Origin: Octopus sinensis
Lineage: Eukaryota
Assembly: GCF_006345805.1 (NCBI RefSeq)
Contig: NC_043002.1
Location: 92,814,001 to 92,878,000, forward strand
DNA length: 64,000 nucleotides
Reading direction: 5' to 3'
In this document: in pieces, positions 25,133 through 36,789 of the stretch
Layout: each line of letters starts with the position of its first letter
How positions within the stretch are numbered: position 1 is the stretch's first letter
Translations under genes and position numbers: made by a program
The notes under the pieces: generated by a model
Databases searched by the model: none
The model's input: the letters and a program-made list of their open reading frames with translations, nothing else
Told to the model about the DNA's origin: nothing

Positions 25133-25529
25133 CAACTCCTGCTTCTGATGATGATGACGATGATGACGATGATGATGATAACGACGAAGACGACGAAAAA
25201 GATGGCGGCGAAGACGACGGCGATCATGATGACAACGACGACGGTAATGATGGTGATGATGATGATGATGATGATGAGCAGGAGGAGCTGGAGGACGAGG
25301 AAGGCTGGCGTCGATAACAAAGAGGAAATGAAAAACGAACCGTAACACAGCAGCACCAAACACTAAACGATTTCCTTTGCAGCCGCCACAGCCGAGTGTG
25401 TTAGTCACGTCGGGTGTGTTAGTCACGTATTAGCCTCGTCAACCAGCGAGTTTGCAGTCGCTTGTGGGCAGCCACCGCTCCAGGAAACTTCGTTCGCAAA
25501 GCCAACCCAATGATCTGGATCTGTGTGCC

Positions 25530-25574
<45 letters not shown>

Positions 25575-25611
25575 ATAATATAATATATATTATATATATA
25601 TTTATAATATA

Positions 25612-25715
<104 letters not shown>

Positions 25716-25774
25716 CGCAGGCGTGGCTGTGTGGTAAGAAGCTTATATATATATATATATATATAACGGTTATC

Positions 25775-26030
25775 GATTGTGTTTCAAAATTCCTGATGTG
25801 AAATCGCGTGTTGAAACCGATATTCTTGTATTTCGGGACGGTCATTTTTTTTTCTGTCAAATAAACACACGCACTATATATCTATTTATTCACTCGTTTA
25901 TTACTGTTCTTATTTTATTTTTAATTCATGTCGATTGTCCCGAAATTTTTCAACACACATCTGTGACCTCTTCAGCGACATTTTTCGTCTTCGTGTGTGT
26001 TCTTGCTTCACTTGAGAATGGATAAAATGC
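25775..26030 (+). repeat. Unclassified interspersed repeat (second copy inverted at ~48600-48860)
   Basis: Shared sequence GATGTGAAATCG(C/T)GTGTTGAAAC(C/A)GATATT...AAACACACGCACTATATAT; both copies adjacent to (TA)n. Confidence 0.65.
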
Positions 26031-26061
26031 AGTAATACATACACGCACGCACGCACACATA

Positions 26062-26104
<43 letters not shown>

Positions 26105-26154
26105 ACACATGTATATGCGTATGCGTTTGTGTGGGTTTGTATGCATGTATGTAT

Positions 26155-27175
26155 GCCAGATGTAGGCACTTCAACAGCCATGAATAAGGGATAGAGTCGA
26201 ATGATTCTAGTGTCTCAAAGACTCTACGCTGTTTTCTTACTTCAGACAGTACAGCTCTGTTTATTAAAAGTTGTTGGCACATCCCCACACTCCCTTCTTT
26301 CCACCAGCCTGTTCATCAATCACAATGTTGTCCGACTCACAATGGTCCTGGAGAAATTCGTTGAGTCAACTTTTTTTTTTTTTTTCTCTAGTTTCAGCTC
26401 AGAGCTGCGGCCATGCTGATGCACCACCGTTAAGATGTGAAGCCGCCGCACGCCTAGGACCCGCGCGGCGGCTGCTGTGACGGCCCGTAAGCGTCGGTCT
26501 CAGTCTAATATTTGCGCCGCGACCAATGCGGAAGGCCGACCGTATCGTCGCGACCGGAAGGGACGAGCGCGGGTGCGCCGCCTCGGATCCGGCCGAGCGG
26601 ACGCCGCGCGAAGACACGACGGCTGCCGAACGTCGTTTTCGAGCCCAACGCTCGGGTGCGACCTGCGATTGCGGCTTCGGTTGCATTAAGTACAAACTTG
26701 TGTACAGTTTGTACTTAATGCTTAGACAAGCAACGGGTCTGTATTTTCCTGCTATCTCGGTGATTTCATTTTTGACAAGATTTGTCCTTGCTGAAGCAAG
26801 CCAATTTGGTATATCAGTCTGACCTTCCATAGTCCTTTTGAACATACATTTCAACTGGTTTCTATAAAATGTCAACTTGCTACTATTAAGTCTCTTCCAG
26901 GTGCCTTCCCATTTTCAAATTTGTCTACCACTATAGCGAAAGTTTCTGTATCAAGTTTGTATGTTTTATTGTTAGTGTTCGTGCAGTATTTTCTCTCAGT
27001 TATATTTAACCATGGTGCATTCTGATTGAAATCCCTGTTTTCGTTCCAAATTTTTTGACCAGAATGATTGTAGATCTTCTTGAGAGGGAGCTTTCTTAAT
27101 AGTAATGTTTTCCTTCCCCACTTTTTTGAATAATGCTTGTAGATTGGAAACAAACTTGCGATTGATACTAGCTCG
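26155..27175 (-). mobile_element. R4/Dong-like LINE subfamily B, RT N-terminal fragment, interrupted at ~26371-26697
   Basis: Homologous to 63610-64000 (GKAPGRDLI, YRPVACL..KYKLYTS, DSIPYSWLLKCLHL). Confidence 0.85.
26371..26697 (-). other. Chimeric insertion: unidentified ~260-bp GC-rich segment + SINE-type 3' tail + poly(A)
   Basis: On the minus strand: GC-rich block (26682-26430), then GGTGGTGCATCAGCATGGCCGCAGCTCTGAGCTGAAACTAGAG, then A-rich tail; inserted into the LINE at a CAAC/AAC junction. Confidence 0.7.
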
Positions 27176-27358
27176 TTCAAAAATTCCCTCACATGCACAT
27201 GCACACGCTCTGATACATATAAAAAAAAGATGCATGCATATGCTTTTATGTACGTGTATATGAAAGATAATGTGTGGTGTGTGAGAGAGAGAGAGAGAGA
27301 AAGCGAGTGAGTACCACTCACACATGCATGCAAAAAATTACATACATGACAACACACA

Positions 27359-27391
<33 letters not shown>

Positions 27392-28589
27392 CGCACACGC
27401 ACACACAGACACGTCCACTTTATATATATGTACATATATCTTTCCCTTTCTCCTCTCTTTCACTTTCTGCTCTCACTTCAAAGCAAACGTCGCCTTTTCC
27501 CTTTCTCCTCTCTTTCAATTTCTGCTCGCTTCAAAACATAAAGAAATGAAAAAAATTTTTACGGAAATTCACGAACAATCACATGATACCATATGATCGA
27601 GTTGACAACTTTGCTGCTTCAAACGAAAGAATGCCATAAAATAACTTCCTTTGGCACACACACATGCGCGCGCAGAAACACACACACTCACACTCACACA
27701 CATACACACACACACACATACATACATACACACACAAATGCACACACACATACACACTCTAGGTAAAACATCTGCACGAATTATGTTATTGCTTGCTGTG
27801 TCCACGCGCAAAATTACAGCTCAAATCCAACTGAAATGACCTTTTTTATATTCTGTAATTTGTGCTTGTGATGAGCGTATATAAAAACCTGATCTTCGAT
27901 ATAAACTTAAAAGGAAGTTTTTCCAGAAATCCTGACCTTTACCCGTTCTTTCTAGCATGTCCGAGGTGGCATTTGCGCCCCCACTTCCGCCTTAGTTTTC
28001 CCTAAATTTCTTCCGATTCCTATGTTTTCGATGCAGGAGATTAGGATTCCACCCAAAAAACACGCTCTCAATATTTTAGTTTTCTCCCTCCCCACCTCAA
28101 TTTCTTCATTTCTTTTACTTTTTTCCAATTTTTTTTTCTTGAAAATCCACGGGGAAAAAACAAAGAGTACGAATCTTTAAGACTTTTCTTCTCTCTTTTT
28201 TTCTTAAAGAAACGCTAAAATCTCCTTCCCCAACACCCATCATTTCACCACTTTCAAAAAGCTACAAATTCCCAATGTTTCACTTTTAGCTTTTTGGAAA
28301 GCGAGGAAATTTCTTCAGAAATAATGTCGTTTACTTGCTGTTTCTAGCATGTCGGGTTTTCAGGTAGTGGTGGTCTGGTATTTTTTACGTCTGCTATTTC
28401 AGTACAATTCTACGCATGCGTGAAACATCAGGCGAAAGTGAAACATTGGGAGATTTTAGCTCTTTGAAAGCGGGTAGGTGATAGATGGGCGAGGTGGGAG
28501 AAAGGGCATTGAGTGTTTCTTTAAGAAAAATTAAACTTTAAAAAATATATATATATTTTCCAGATTCGTAATCTCCGTATTTTTTCTAC

Positions 28590-28873
28590 GTGGCTAAAAA
28601 AAATCGAAAAGATGTTACAAATTGAGAAATTGAGAAATTGCGGGGGGACAAGGGCGGGGAGATTCAAATTTTGAAAACGTAATTTCTGGGCAAAATCGTA
28701 TAAACCCCCCTTTTATATGACGAATCAATACATAGTCTGTGATACTTCTTAAGAGCAGAAAGCACTTCCATGCAAACCCATGCAAATTGTACCCTACTCC
28801 CTTCACTTTCAGGAACAAATAATACAATGAGGTTGTAGGTCATAACACCCGGGCAACGCCAGGGTGCATTGCT
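28590..28873 (+). mobile_element. Helitron-like element, 3' portion
   Basis: Subterminal hairpin CCCGGGCAACGCCAGGG followed by TGCATTGCTAC (variant of the CTAG end), as in 43991-44394. Confidence 0.5.
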
Positions 28874-28900
28874 ACTGTGCATATGTATACACACACACAC

Positions 28901-28931
<31 letters not shown>

Positions 28932-28933
28932 AA

Positions 28934-29207
28934 ATTAGAAAAAAAACACCTTTAATCAATCCAAAAGGAACAATTAAATTACACCATCTAGAAAATTACA
29001 TATAATAGAAATATTAAAATTAAAATAACAATAAAATATCAATGATTAAGTAAATTGCAAAATAATAATAAAAACGTATATAATTGGTACATATAATCAT
29101 TGATATTTTTTGTTATTTTTATTTTAATATTTCTATTATATGTAATTTTCTAGATGGTGTAATTTAATTGTTCATTTTGAATTGATAAAAGGTGGTTATT
29201 TCCTAAT
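28934..29207. repeat. Long inverted repeat (fold-back): ~115-bp arms with 45-bp spacer, flanked by (TA)n
   Basis: 28934-29048 is the near reverse complement of 29094-29207 (e.g. AATTAAATTACACCATCTAGAAAATTACATATAATAGAAATATTAAAA). Confidence 0.9.
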
Positions 29208-29323
29208 GATATTATATTTATAAAATATTTATATATATATAATATATATATTATATTGCGTGAAATTTGATTTGTATTTCTAAATTGAATTTTTTTCCCT
29301 GTAAGTTTGGATATATTCCCTCA

Positions 29324-29416
<93 letters not shown>

Positions 29417-29419
<3 letters not shown>

Positions 29420-29574
29420 AGTGGCTGTGTGGTAAGTAGTTTCTTACCAACCACATGGTTCCGGGTTCAGTTCCCACTGCGTGGCACCTTGGGCAAGTGT
29501 CTTCTACTAAAGCCTCGGGCCGACCAAAGCCTTGTGAGTGGATTTGGTAGACGGGAACTGAAAGAAGCCCGTCG

Positions 29575-29625
<51 letters not shown>

Positions 29626-29883
29626 TGTGTGTGTATGTGTATGTGTGTGTGTATATGTTTGTGTGTCTGTGTTTGTCACCCCAACATCGCTTGACAACCG
29701 ATGCTGGTGTGTTTGCATCCACGTAACTTAGCCCCATAACTTAGCGGTTCGGCAAAAGAGACCGATAGAATAAGTACTAGGCTTACAAAGAATAAGTCCT
29801 GGGGTCGATTTGCTCGACTAAAGGCGGTGCTGCAGCATGGCCGCAGTCAAATGATTGAAAACAAGATAAAAGAGTAAAAGAGT
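29417..29883 (+). mobile_element. SINE family A
   Basis: Co-linear with the other family A copies. Confidence 0.9.
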
Positions 29884-30407
29884 ATATATAATATATATAT
29901 ATATAATTATATATATATATATATATATGCATAAATGCGATACATATGAAAAAACAGACAAGTAGATATATAGATAAAGAGAGAGAGGGGGAGACGGACA
30001 GAGAGGCAGAGACAGACTGACAGACAGTTATGCATACATATATACGTGTATACAAACACACTGGCGTGCGTACATACTTACATGTAGAATTAACATGAAT
30101 CAAAAGCACAGGTATTTGATAGAGGTATAGAGTTAAATATACCTAGTGATATAATTCCTATATACTCTAGAACGCCGCCATTGCTCTGAGTTTTCTATCT
30201 GCCTTACATAAATCACTCGATGGACGATGTATGACAAGAGCCTAATTTTTTTAATAATAATGCGGTTCATTCTTTAAGTATGTATTTATCACCCCGATCT
30301 CTCCCATTGTCTGCAGTAATGCAAATATGAAACTCTGAGTAGCAATGTTCTCGACTAGACATTCTCGAACATTGGTTTGCATTTACTTTGCAGACGTGCC
30401 GTGCGTT

Positions 30408-31285
30408 TTTAAGGCATATTTAAGGCATATTATTGAAGGCATATTATTTAGGCATATTTAAGGCATATTTATTTAAAGCATATTAAGGCATATTTAAGGC
30501 ATACATAAGGCATATTATTAAGGCATATTAAGGCATATTTAAGGCATATTTAAGGCATATTTAAGGCATACTTAAGCCATATTATTAAGGCATATTAAGG
30601 TATATTTAAGGCATATTTAAGGCATACTTAAGGCATATTATTAAGGCATATTAAGGCATATTTAAGGCATATTTAAGGCATATTTAAGGCATACTTAAGC
30701 CATATTATTAAGGCATATTAAGGTATATTTAAGGCATATTTAAGGCATACTTAAGGCATATTATTAAGGCATATTAAGGCATATTTAAGGCATACTTAAG
30801 CCATATTATTAAGGCATATTAAGGCATATTTAAGGCATGCTTGAGGCATATTAAGGCATATTTAAGGCATACTTAAGGCATATTAAGGCATATTTTTAAG
30901 GCATATTTTTAAGGCATATTAAGGCATATTTAAGGCATATTTAAGGCATATTATTAAGGCATATTAAGGCATATTTAAAGCATATTATTAAGGCATATTA
31001 TTAAGGCATATTTAAGGCATATTATTAAGGCATATTAAGGCATATTTAAAGCATACTTAAGGCATATTAAGGCATATTTAAGGCATACGTAAGGCATATT
31101 AAGGCATATTTTTAAGGCATATTAAGGCATATTTAAGGCATACTTAAGGCATATTTAAGGCATATTTAAGGCATATTATTAAGGCATATTAAGGCATATT
31201 TAAAGCATATTATTAAGGCATATTATTAAGGCATATTTAAGGCATATTATTAAGGCATATTATTAAGGCATATTTAAGGCATATT
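30408..31285. repeat. Minisatellite of core TAAGGCATA (units 10-13 bp), ~880 bp
   Basis: Continuous array of TTAAGGCATAT / TTAAGGCATAC / TAAGGCATATTAT variants. Confidence 0.97.
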
Positions 31286-31792
31286 TTGCGAACTTTGGAG
31301 TCATTAATGTATCGCGAACAGTGTTTGTGTCTTTGTATTTGCGGTAAAATACAAATGCGTGCATCAATCTTTCAAACAAGTCAATACTTGTAAACTTACT
31401 TGTTTAGAAATGTGAAAGCTGAAACAGAACTGATAGTGTGTTGTAACATTTTTAGTATCTTGTTCATTGCGACCAGGATCGAAAAAAAGTGTTAAAATGG
31501 CTGCTCTAGGCTATACCAAGGCTATGTCGATATATACACAAAAAACAATACACGTACACACACACACATAGACAAAAAATTACATATGCACACAGATACA
31601 CACACACACACACACACAAACTTACACATGCACACATATGCGTATATCATACTTGTATGTGTGTGTGTGTGTGTGTAATTGTGTGCCTGTGTGTGTATAT
31701 GTGCGTTTGTATATGTAAGTGGAAAACTCAACACATGATTACACAGAGATAGGCAAGAGTGTACATATAAACACATGCAAATGCGTGTGTGC

Positions 31793-31824
<32 letters not shown>

Positions 31825-31893
31825 ATGTGTGTGTATGTATGTACGTATCTCTTACTCTTCTTCATTCTTTCACTATCTTTCTCTCCCCCCCTC

Positions 31894-31934
<41 letters not shown>

Positions 31935-32159
31935 CACACAAGAAAATTCTCTCTCTTTCTTGCACTAGTTCCCACATTCATACATGTATAATCTGGTTAT
32001 GTCTATGCATGTATGGGCGGGAGCTGCTGCTGCTGCTGCTGCTGATGTTGATGATGATGATGATGATGATGAACTATTTCTTTGCGCGTGAGTATGTGTG
32101 TGTGTACGTGTGTATGTGCGTGTGTATGCATGCGTGTGTGTGTATGTCTGTGTGCATGC

Positions 32160-32190
<31 letters not shown>

Positions 32191-32566
32191 CATGTGTGTG
32201 TGTGTGTGTGCATGCATATGCTGTGTGTGTGTGTGTGTATGTATGCAAGCGTGTGTGTGCGTGTGCATGCGTGTGTCTGTGTGTGTGTGTATGTATGCAT
32301 GCGTGTGTGTGCGTGTGCATGCGTGTGTCTGTGTGTGTGTGTATGTATGCATGCGTGTGTGTGCGTGTGCATGCGTGTGTCTGTGTGTGTGTGTATGTAT
32401 GCAAGCGTGTGTGTGCGTGTGCATGCGTGTGTCTGTGTGTGTGTGTGTATGCATGCGTGTGTGTGCGTGTGCATGCGTGTGTGTGTGTGTGTGTCTGTGT
32501 GCATGCGTGTATGTGTGTGTCTGTGTGCATGCATGCGTGTATGTGTGTGTCTGTGTGCATGCATAT

Positions 32567-32666
32567 NNNNNNNNNNNNNNNNNNNNNNNNNNNNNNNNNN
32601 NNNNNNNNNNNNNNNNNNNNNNNNNNNNNNNNNNNNNNNNNNNNNNNNNNNNNNNNNNNNNNNNNN
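32567..32666. other. Assembly gap (100 N), preceded by a compound (TG/ATGC) tandem repeat
   Basis: Run of exactly 100 N. Confidence 0.99.
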
Positions 32667-33082
32667 ATATTATCCACAAATACATATATGAACAGATATA
32701 ATATGAACACATAAACATATAAATGATCTATCTGCACACACTCTCTCACACACACACACATACATATATCTATTCCTTAAACCCACATACGCATGTATAT
32801 ATATATACATATGCATATTTCTGCGTTTCTATGTATAGAAATGTAAAAAAAAAAAACGCAGCTGAAGCTTTTCCCCCTCTGCGTCTAGAAAAAGATATCG
32901 ACTAGTTTCAGCATTTATTAATTTGTCGTCAGGGATCGGATATTCCTTCATGGCCATAGATAGCATAATAACTTATAGCAGTTTATAGCGTGCTTACCCC
33001 AGGGCAGAACTAAATTGGTTTGTTTAATTTGCATAAGCGCGCAAGCATTTGTAATCTGTATGTATAAATTTGCATTTTTTTT

Positions 33083-33482
33083 TTACTTGTTTCAGTCATT
33101 TTGACTGCGACCATGCTGGAGCACCGCCTTTAGTCGATCAAATCGACCCCGGGACTTATTCTTTGTAAGCCCAGTACTTATTCTATTCGGTCTGTTTTGC
33201 CGAAACGCTAAGTGACGGGGACGAAACACACCAGCATCGGTTGTCAAGCAATGCTAGGGGGACAAATACAGACACACAAACAAACAACATACATATAATA
33301 TATATATTACATATATACCACAGGCTTCTTCCAGTTTCTGTCTACCAAATCCACTCACAAGGCATTGGTCGGCCCGGGGGGCTATAGCCGAAGACATTTG
33401 CCCAGACGCCACGCAGTGGGACTGAACCCGGAACCAGGTGGTTGGTTAGCAAGCTACTTACCACACAGCCACTCCTGCACCT
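33083..33482 (-). mobile_element. SINE family A
   Basis: Co-linear with the other family A copies. Confidence 0.88.
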
Positions 33483-34481
33483 ATGTAATTTTTTTACATT
33501 TTCACTTAATCCAAACTATGTGTAGTGTTTTTATATGTGACAAAATAAGATAAATGTCAGTCGCATGGATTTGGACTAGGAATAATGTAATACTGAATAT
33601 TGTGCAAGATCAATTCATGATTTATCAGAATTATCTGCGCTTCGAAATATGTGAACAAGCGCCTAGTGGTAAATGAGACATACTCTGAATAAGAAGAATG
33701 TTAATTTCAAGGATCAAGAATTTTCCGGGATTGCCGTGCCATTAAAGTAAGTCAGTTCTTTCTGGAGACCAGAGGGCATCTGTATGTACATGTTTCTTTC
33801 ACAATATGCGTCATCAGTACAGCAGTTGCCCTATCTTGACTCCACATGTAGGAGTTTCTCGAATCATTACTTTGAATTTCATCTTCCATCTTATTCAAAT
33901 AATGGAAGATGAATCGCAACAGAAAATTATATAAGCATAAAAATATTCATAAACACAACGAAATAGGGTAATTTATTGGTTAATGTAAAACAAGAAGGAA
34001 AAAGCCGTTAGGAAATGCTTTCAATCGTTATATGCATAACACGTGATATATCTATTCGTTTTTGTTTTCAGTGTCATGTGTGCAAAATCCCCCCACCCGC
34101 CCCCCAAAAAATAAAAAGGCCAGAAAATGGCCTTTTTTATTATTTGATCTCAAAGTCGATAGAAAACAACGGAGAACACACCTTTGTATTCTCTCATAAA
34201 AATTCTATGACAAGAACCTAGTGTTTGTCTAATTTTGCATTTCATTCCTTCACAGTCGATACAACAGTAGCAAACCAGGGCGAATATCCCATCACAAGGT
34301 CCATTCATCGTTGCAGTGTTGCGGCTTGCGTGCTTCAGTGATCCTTAAAGCCATGTCAGCGGACCTTCCATACTGGAACGATGAAAGGATAGTGGCTAAG
34401 CTAATATGGATTACCTCTTTCCAGAAGTAAAAAATGGGTTTGCGTAGAGCCAACATCCCAATCGAGAAAAAAGAAAAAAGA

Positions 34482-34804
34482 AACCACACGGTTCCAGGTT
34501 CAGTCCCACTGTGTTGCACCTTGGAAAAGTGTCTTCTACTATAGCCTGGGGTCGACCAAAGCCTTGTGAGTGGATTTGATTAACGGAAACTGAAAGAAGC
34601 ACATCATGTATATATGTGTGTGTGTGTATGTGTGTGTGTGTGTGTGTGTGTGGACTTTGCATGTGTTTGTCCCCCACTACCGCTTCACACACACACACTT
34701 GACAACCGGTGTTCGTGTATTTACGTCCCCATAACATTAGCGGTTCGGCGAAGAGAGAGAGATAGAGAGAGAGAGAGAGCGAGAGAGAGAAAGAGAGAAG
34801 AGAA

Positions 34805-34835
<31 letters not shown>

Positions 34836-34990
34836 GAGAAAGAGAAAGAGAGAGAAAGAGAGAGAACAATAGAATAAGTAGCAGGCTTAACAAAATAATA
34901 AGTACTGGGGCCTCTTCTTTCAACCCAAATTTCTTCAAGACGGTACCCCAGCATGGCCGCAATCTGATGACTGAAACAAGTAAAAAAATA
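34482..34990 (+). mobile_element. SINE family A variant with an internal (GA)n expansion
   Basis: B box GTTCAGTCCC, CORE-like block, tail CGGTACCCCAGCATGGCCGCAATCTGATGACTGAAACAAG. Confidence 0.8.
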
Positions 34991-35259
34991 TAAGATGAAA
35001 GGTGAGTATCGATGGTAAGTGAAAACCGACAAGATATGGAATAGGAACAACTCAGAGTCGTGAACAGTAGAGAAAAGTCGTCGACAGCCTAAGTTCCATG
35101 GGAAGTAAAGAGCTTAAGTAAAGGTGATGGATAGACAGAAACGCAATAACGTTGAACCAGATGCTTTGCAGTATTTGTTGCAGCCCTTTGCATTCTGAGT
35201 TCAAATTCCACCATAGCAAATTTAGGTGGTAGACTTAATTCGTTACCCAGTCTAATACC

Positions 35260-35678
35260 TATTTCTTTACTATCCACAAAGGGCTAAACACAGAGGGGGA
35301 CAAACAAGGACAGACATAGGTATTAAGTCGATTACATCGACCCCAGTGCGTAACTGGTACTTAATTTATCGACCCCGTAAGGATGAAAGGCAAAGTTGAC
35401 CTCGGCGGAATTTGAACTCAGAACGTAACGGCAGACGAAATACCTATTTCTTTACTACCCACAAGGGGCTAAACACGGAGAGGACAAACAAGGACAGACA
35501 AACGGATTAAGTCGATTATATCGACCCCAGTGCGTAACTGGTACTTAATTTATCGACCCCGTAAGGATGAAAGGCAAAGTCGACCTCGGAGGAATTTGAA
35601 CTCAGAATGTAACGGCAGACGAAATACCGCTAAGCATTTCGTCCGGCGTGCTAACGATTCTACCAGCTTACCGCCTCT
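35260..35678 (-). mobile_element. SINE family B dimer with 14-bp TSD
   Basis: TSD CCCAGTCTAATACC at 35246-35259 and 35679-35692; internal junction GAAATACCTATTTC at 35437-35450. Confidence 0.92.
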
Positions 35679-35889
35679 CCCAGTCTAATACCATTACTTG
35701 GCACCTTGAGTGCCTTCAGCGGAGTCCATTCTGATGCGAGCATTCGGGATAGGTCGGTCTCTAGTTTGAGGATATCTTCCAACCCGCTCCCATCATTCTC
35801 GGATATCCCATAAAGAATCGCAAGAACTGCCTTTGTTGACTGAAAAGGAAATTAGTAGGATCGCCTGATGGACCTGATGTCACGAGGAA

Positions 35890-36140
35890 GGCACTCTGGT
35901 ACTCTGTCGGTTACGACAACGAGGATTCCAGTTGATTCCATCAACGGAACAGACTGTTCGTGAAATTAACGTACAAGTGGCTGAGCACTCCGCAAACACG
36001 TGTACTCTTCACGTAGTTCTCAGGGAAGTTCAGCGTGACACAATGTGACAAAGCTGGCCATTTCACCAACAGGTACAACTCATTTTTGCCAGCTAAGTGG
36101 ACTGGAGCAACGTGAAAATGAAGTGTCTTGCTCAAGCACT
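35890..36140 (-). mobile_element. SINE family C, 5'-truncated
   Basis: Reverse complement of the body and tail of 4300-4602. Confidence 0.8.
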
Positions 36141-36789
36141 CAGTAAACCTTCTGATACCGAGTTACGTCCCTTTATGTCTTTTCAAATTTTATCAAGGTT
36201 CGCCTTTTATTCATCCAGAGTCAATAAAATAAACAAGTCAAATATAGCAGTTGATTTCCTCGACTATGCACTCCTCTCTTGAATGTGTGACATTATGCTA
36301 GAAATTATTTATTGTGTTGCTTTCATGTTGTAGTCGTTTAGCATCAGACCTCTAATGAAAATCGACTAATCTATCTTATTTTAAGGAATAGTGTTTCTAG
36401 GATTATATTATCCAATGTGTCCTTCGTATCTTTATGATGATAGGGTTTGATTTGAGGAAGATTTAGCTTCTATTTTTAGGAGGACGAACATCCACGTACA
36501 AAAACCGCTCATTTATGAAGAAAACAATTAAATATACAGTGATGTGCGCAGTTACTAAATATTTTCTTAAGAGGTTTTGTCTTCTTGATAGATGATATTT
36601 ATTACGTATTTACATCAAATAACCGGAAATAAGTGTCGACCATGCAATAAGATCTTGATATCAAAAGATGCAGTCTGCTTTGAAATAGATTCAAATCACA
36701 TTTCTGCCACTTCTGACCACTGTAACTATTACCACACTTGGCTGCGTGGGTTTGAAAGTAAATAGAGAAGGAAAATGCAATATTGTTTT

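Noticed and set aside
26399-26875. 158-aa ORF as a novel gene
   Set aside because: It is the LINE RT frame running through the GC-rich insertion, which is stop-poor by composition.
33710-33752. Candidate micro-exon (TTTCAAG|...|GTAAGT); similar weak candidates at ~15265-15345, ~20870-21090 and ~41957-42020
   Set aside because: Splice-like signals are present but the peptides are unrecognisable and cannot be chained into a gene; needs RNA-seq.
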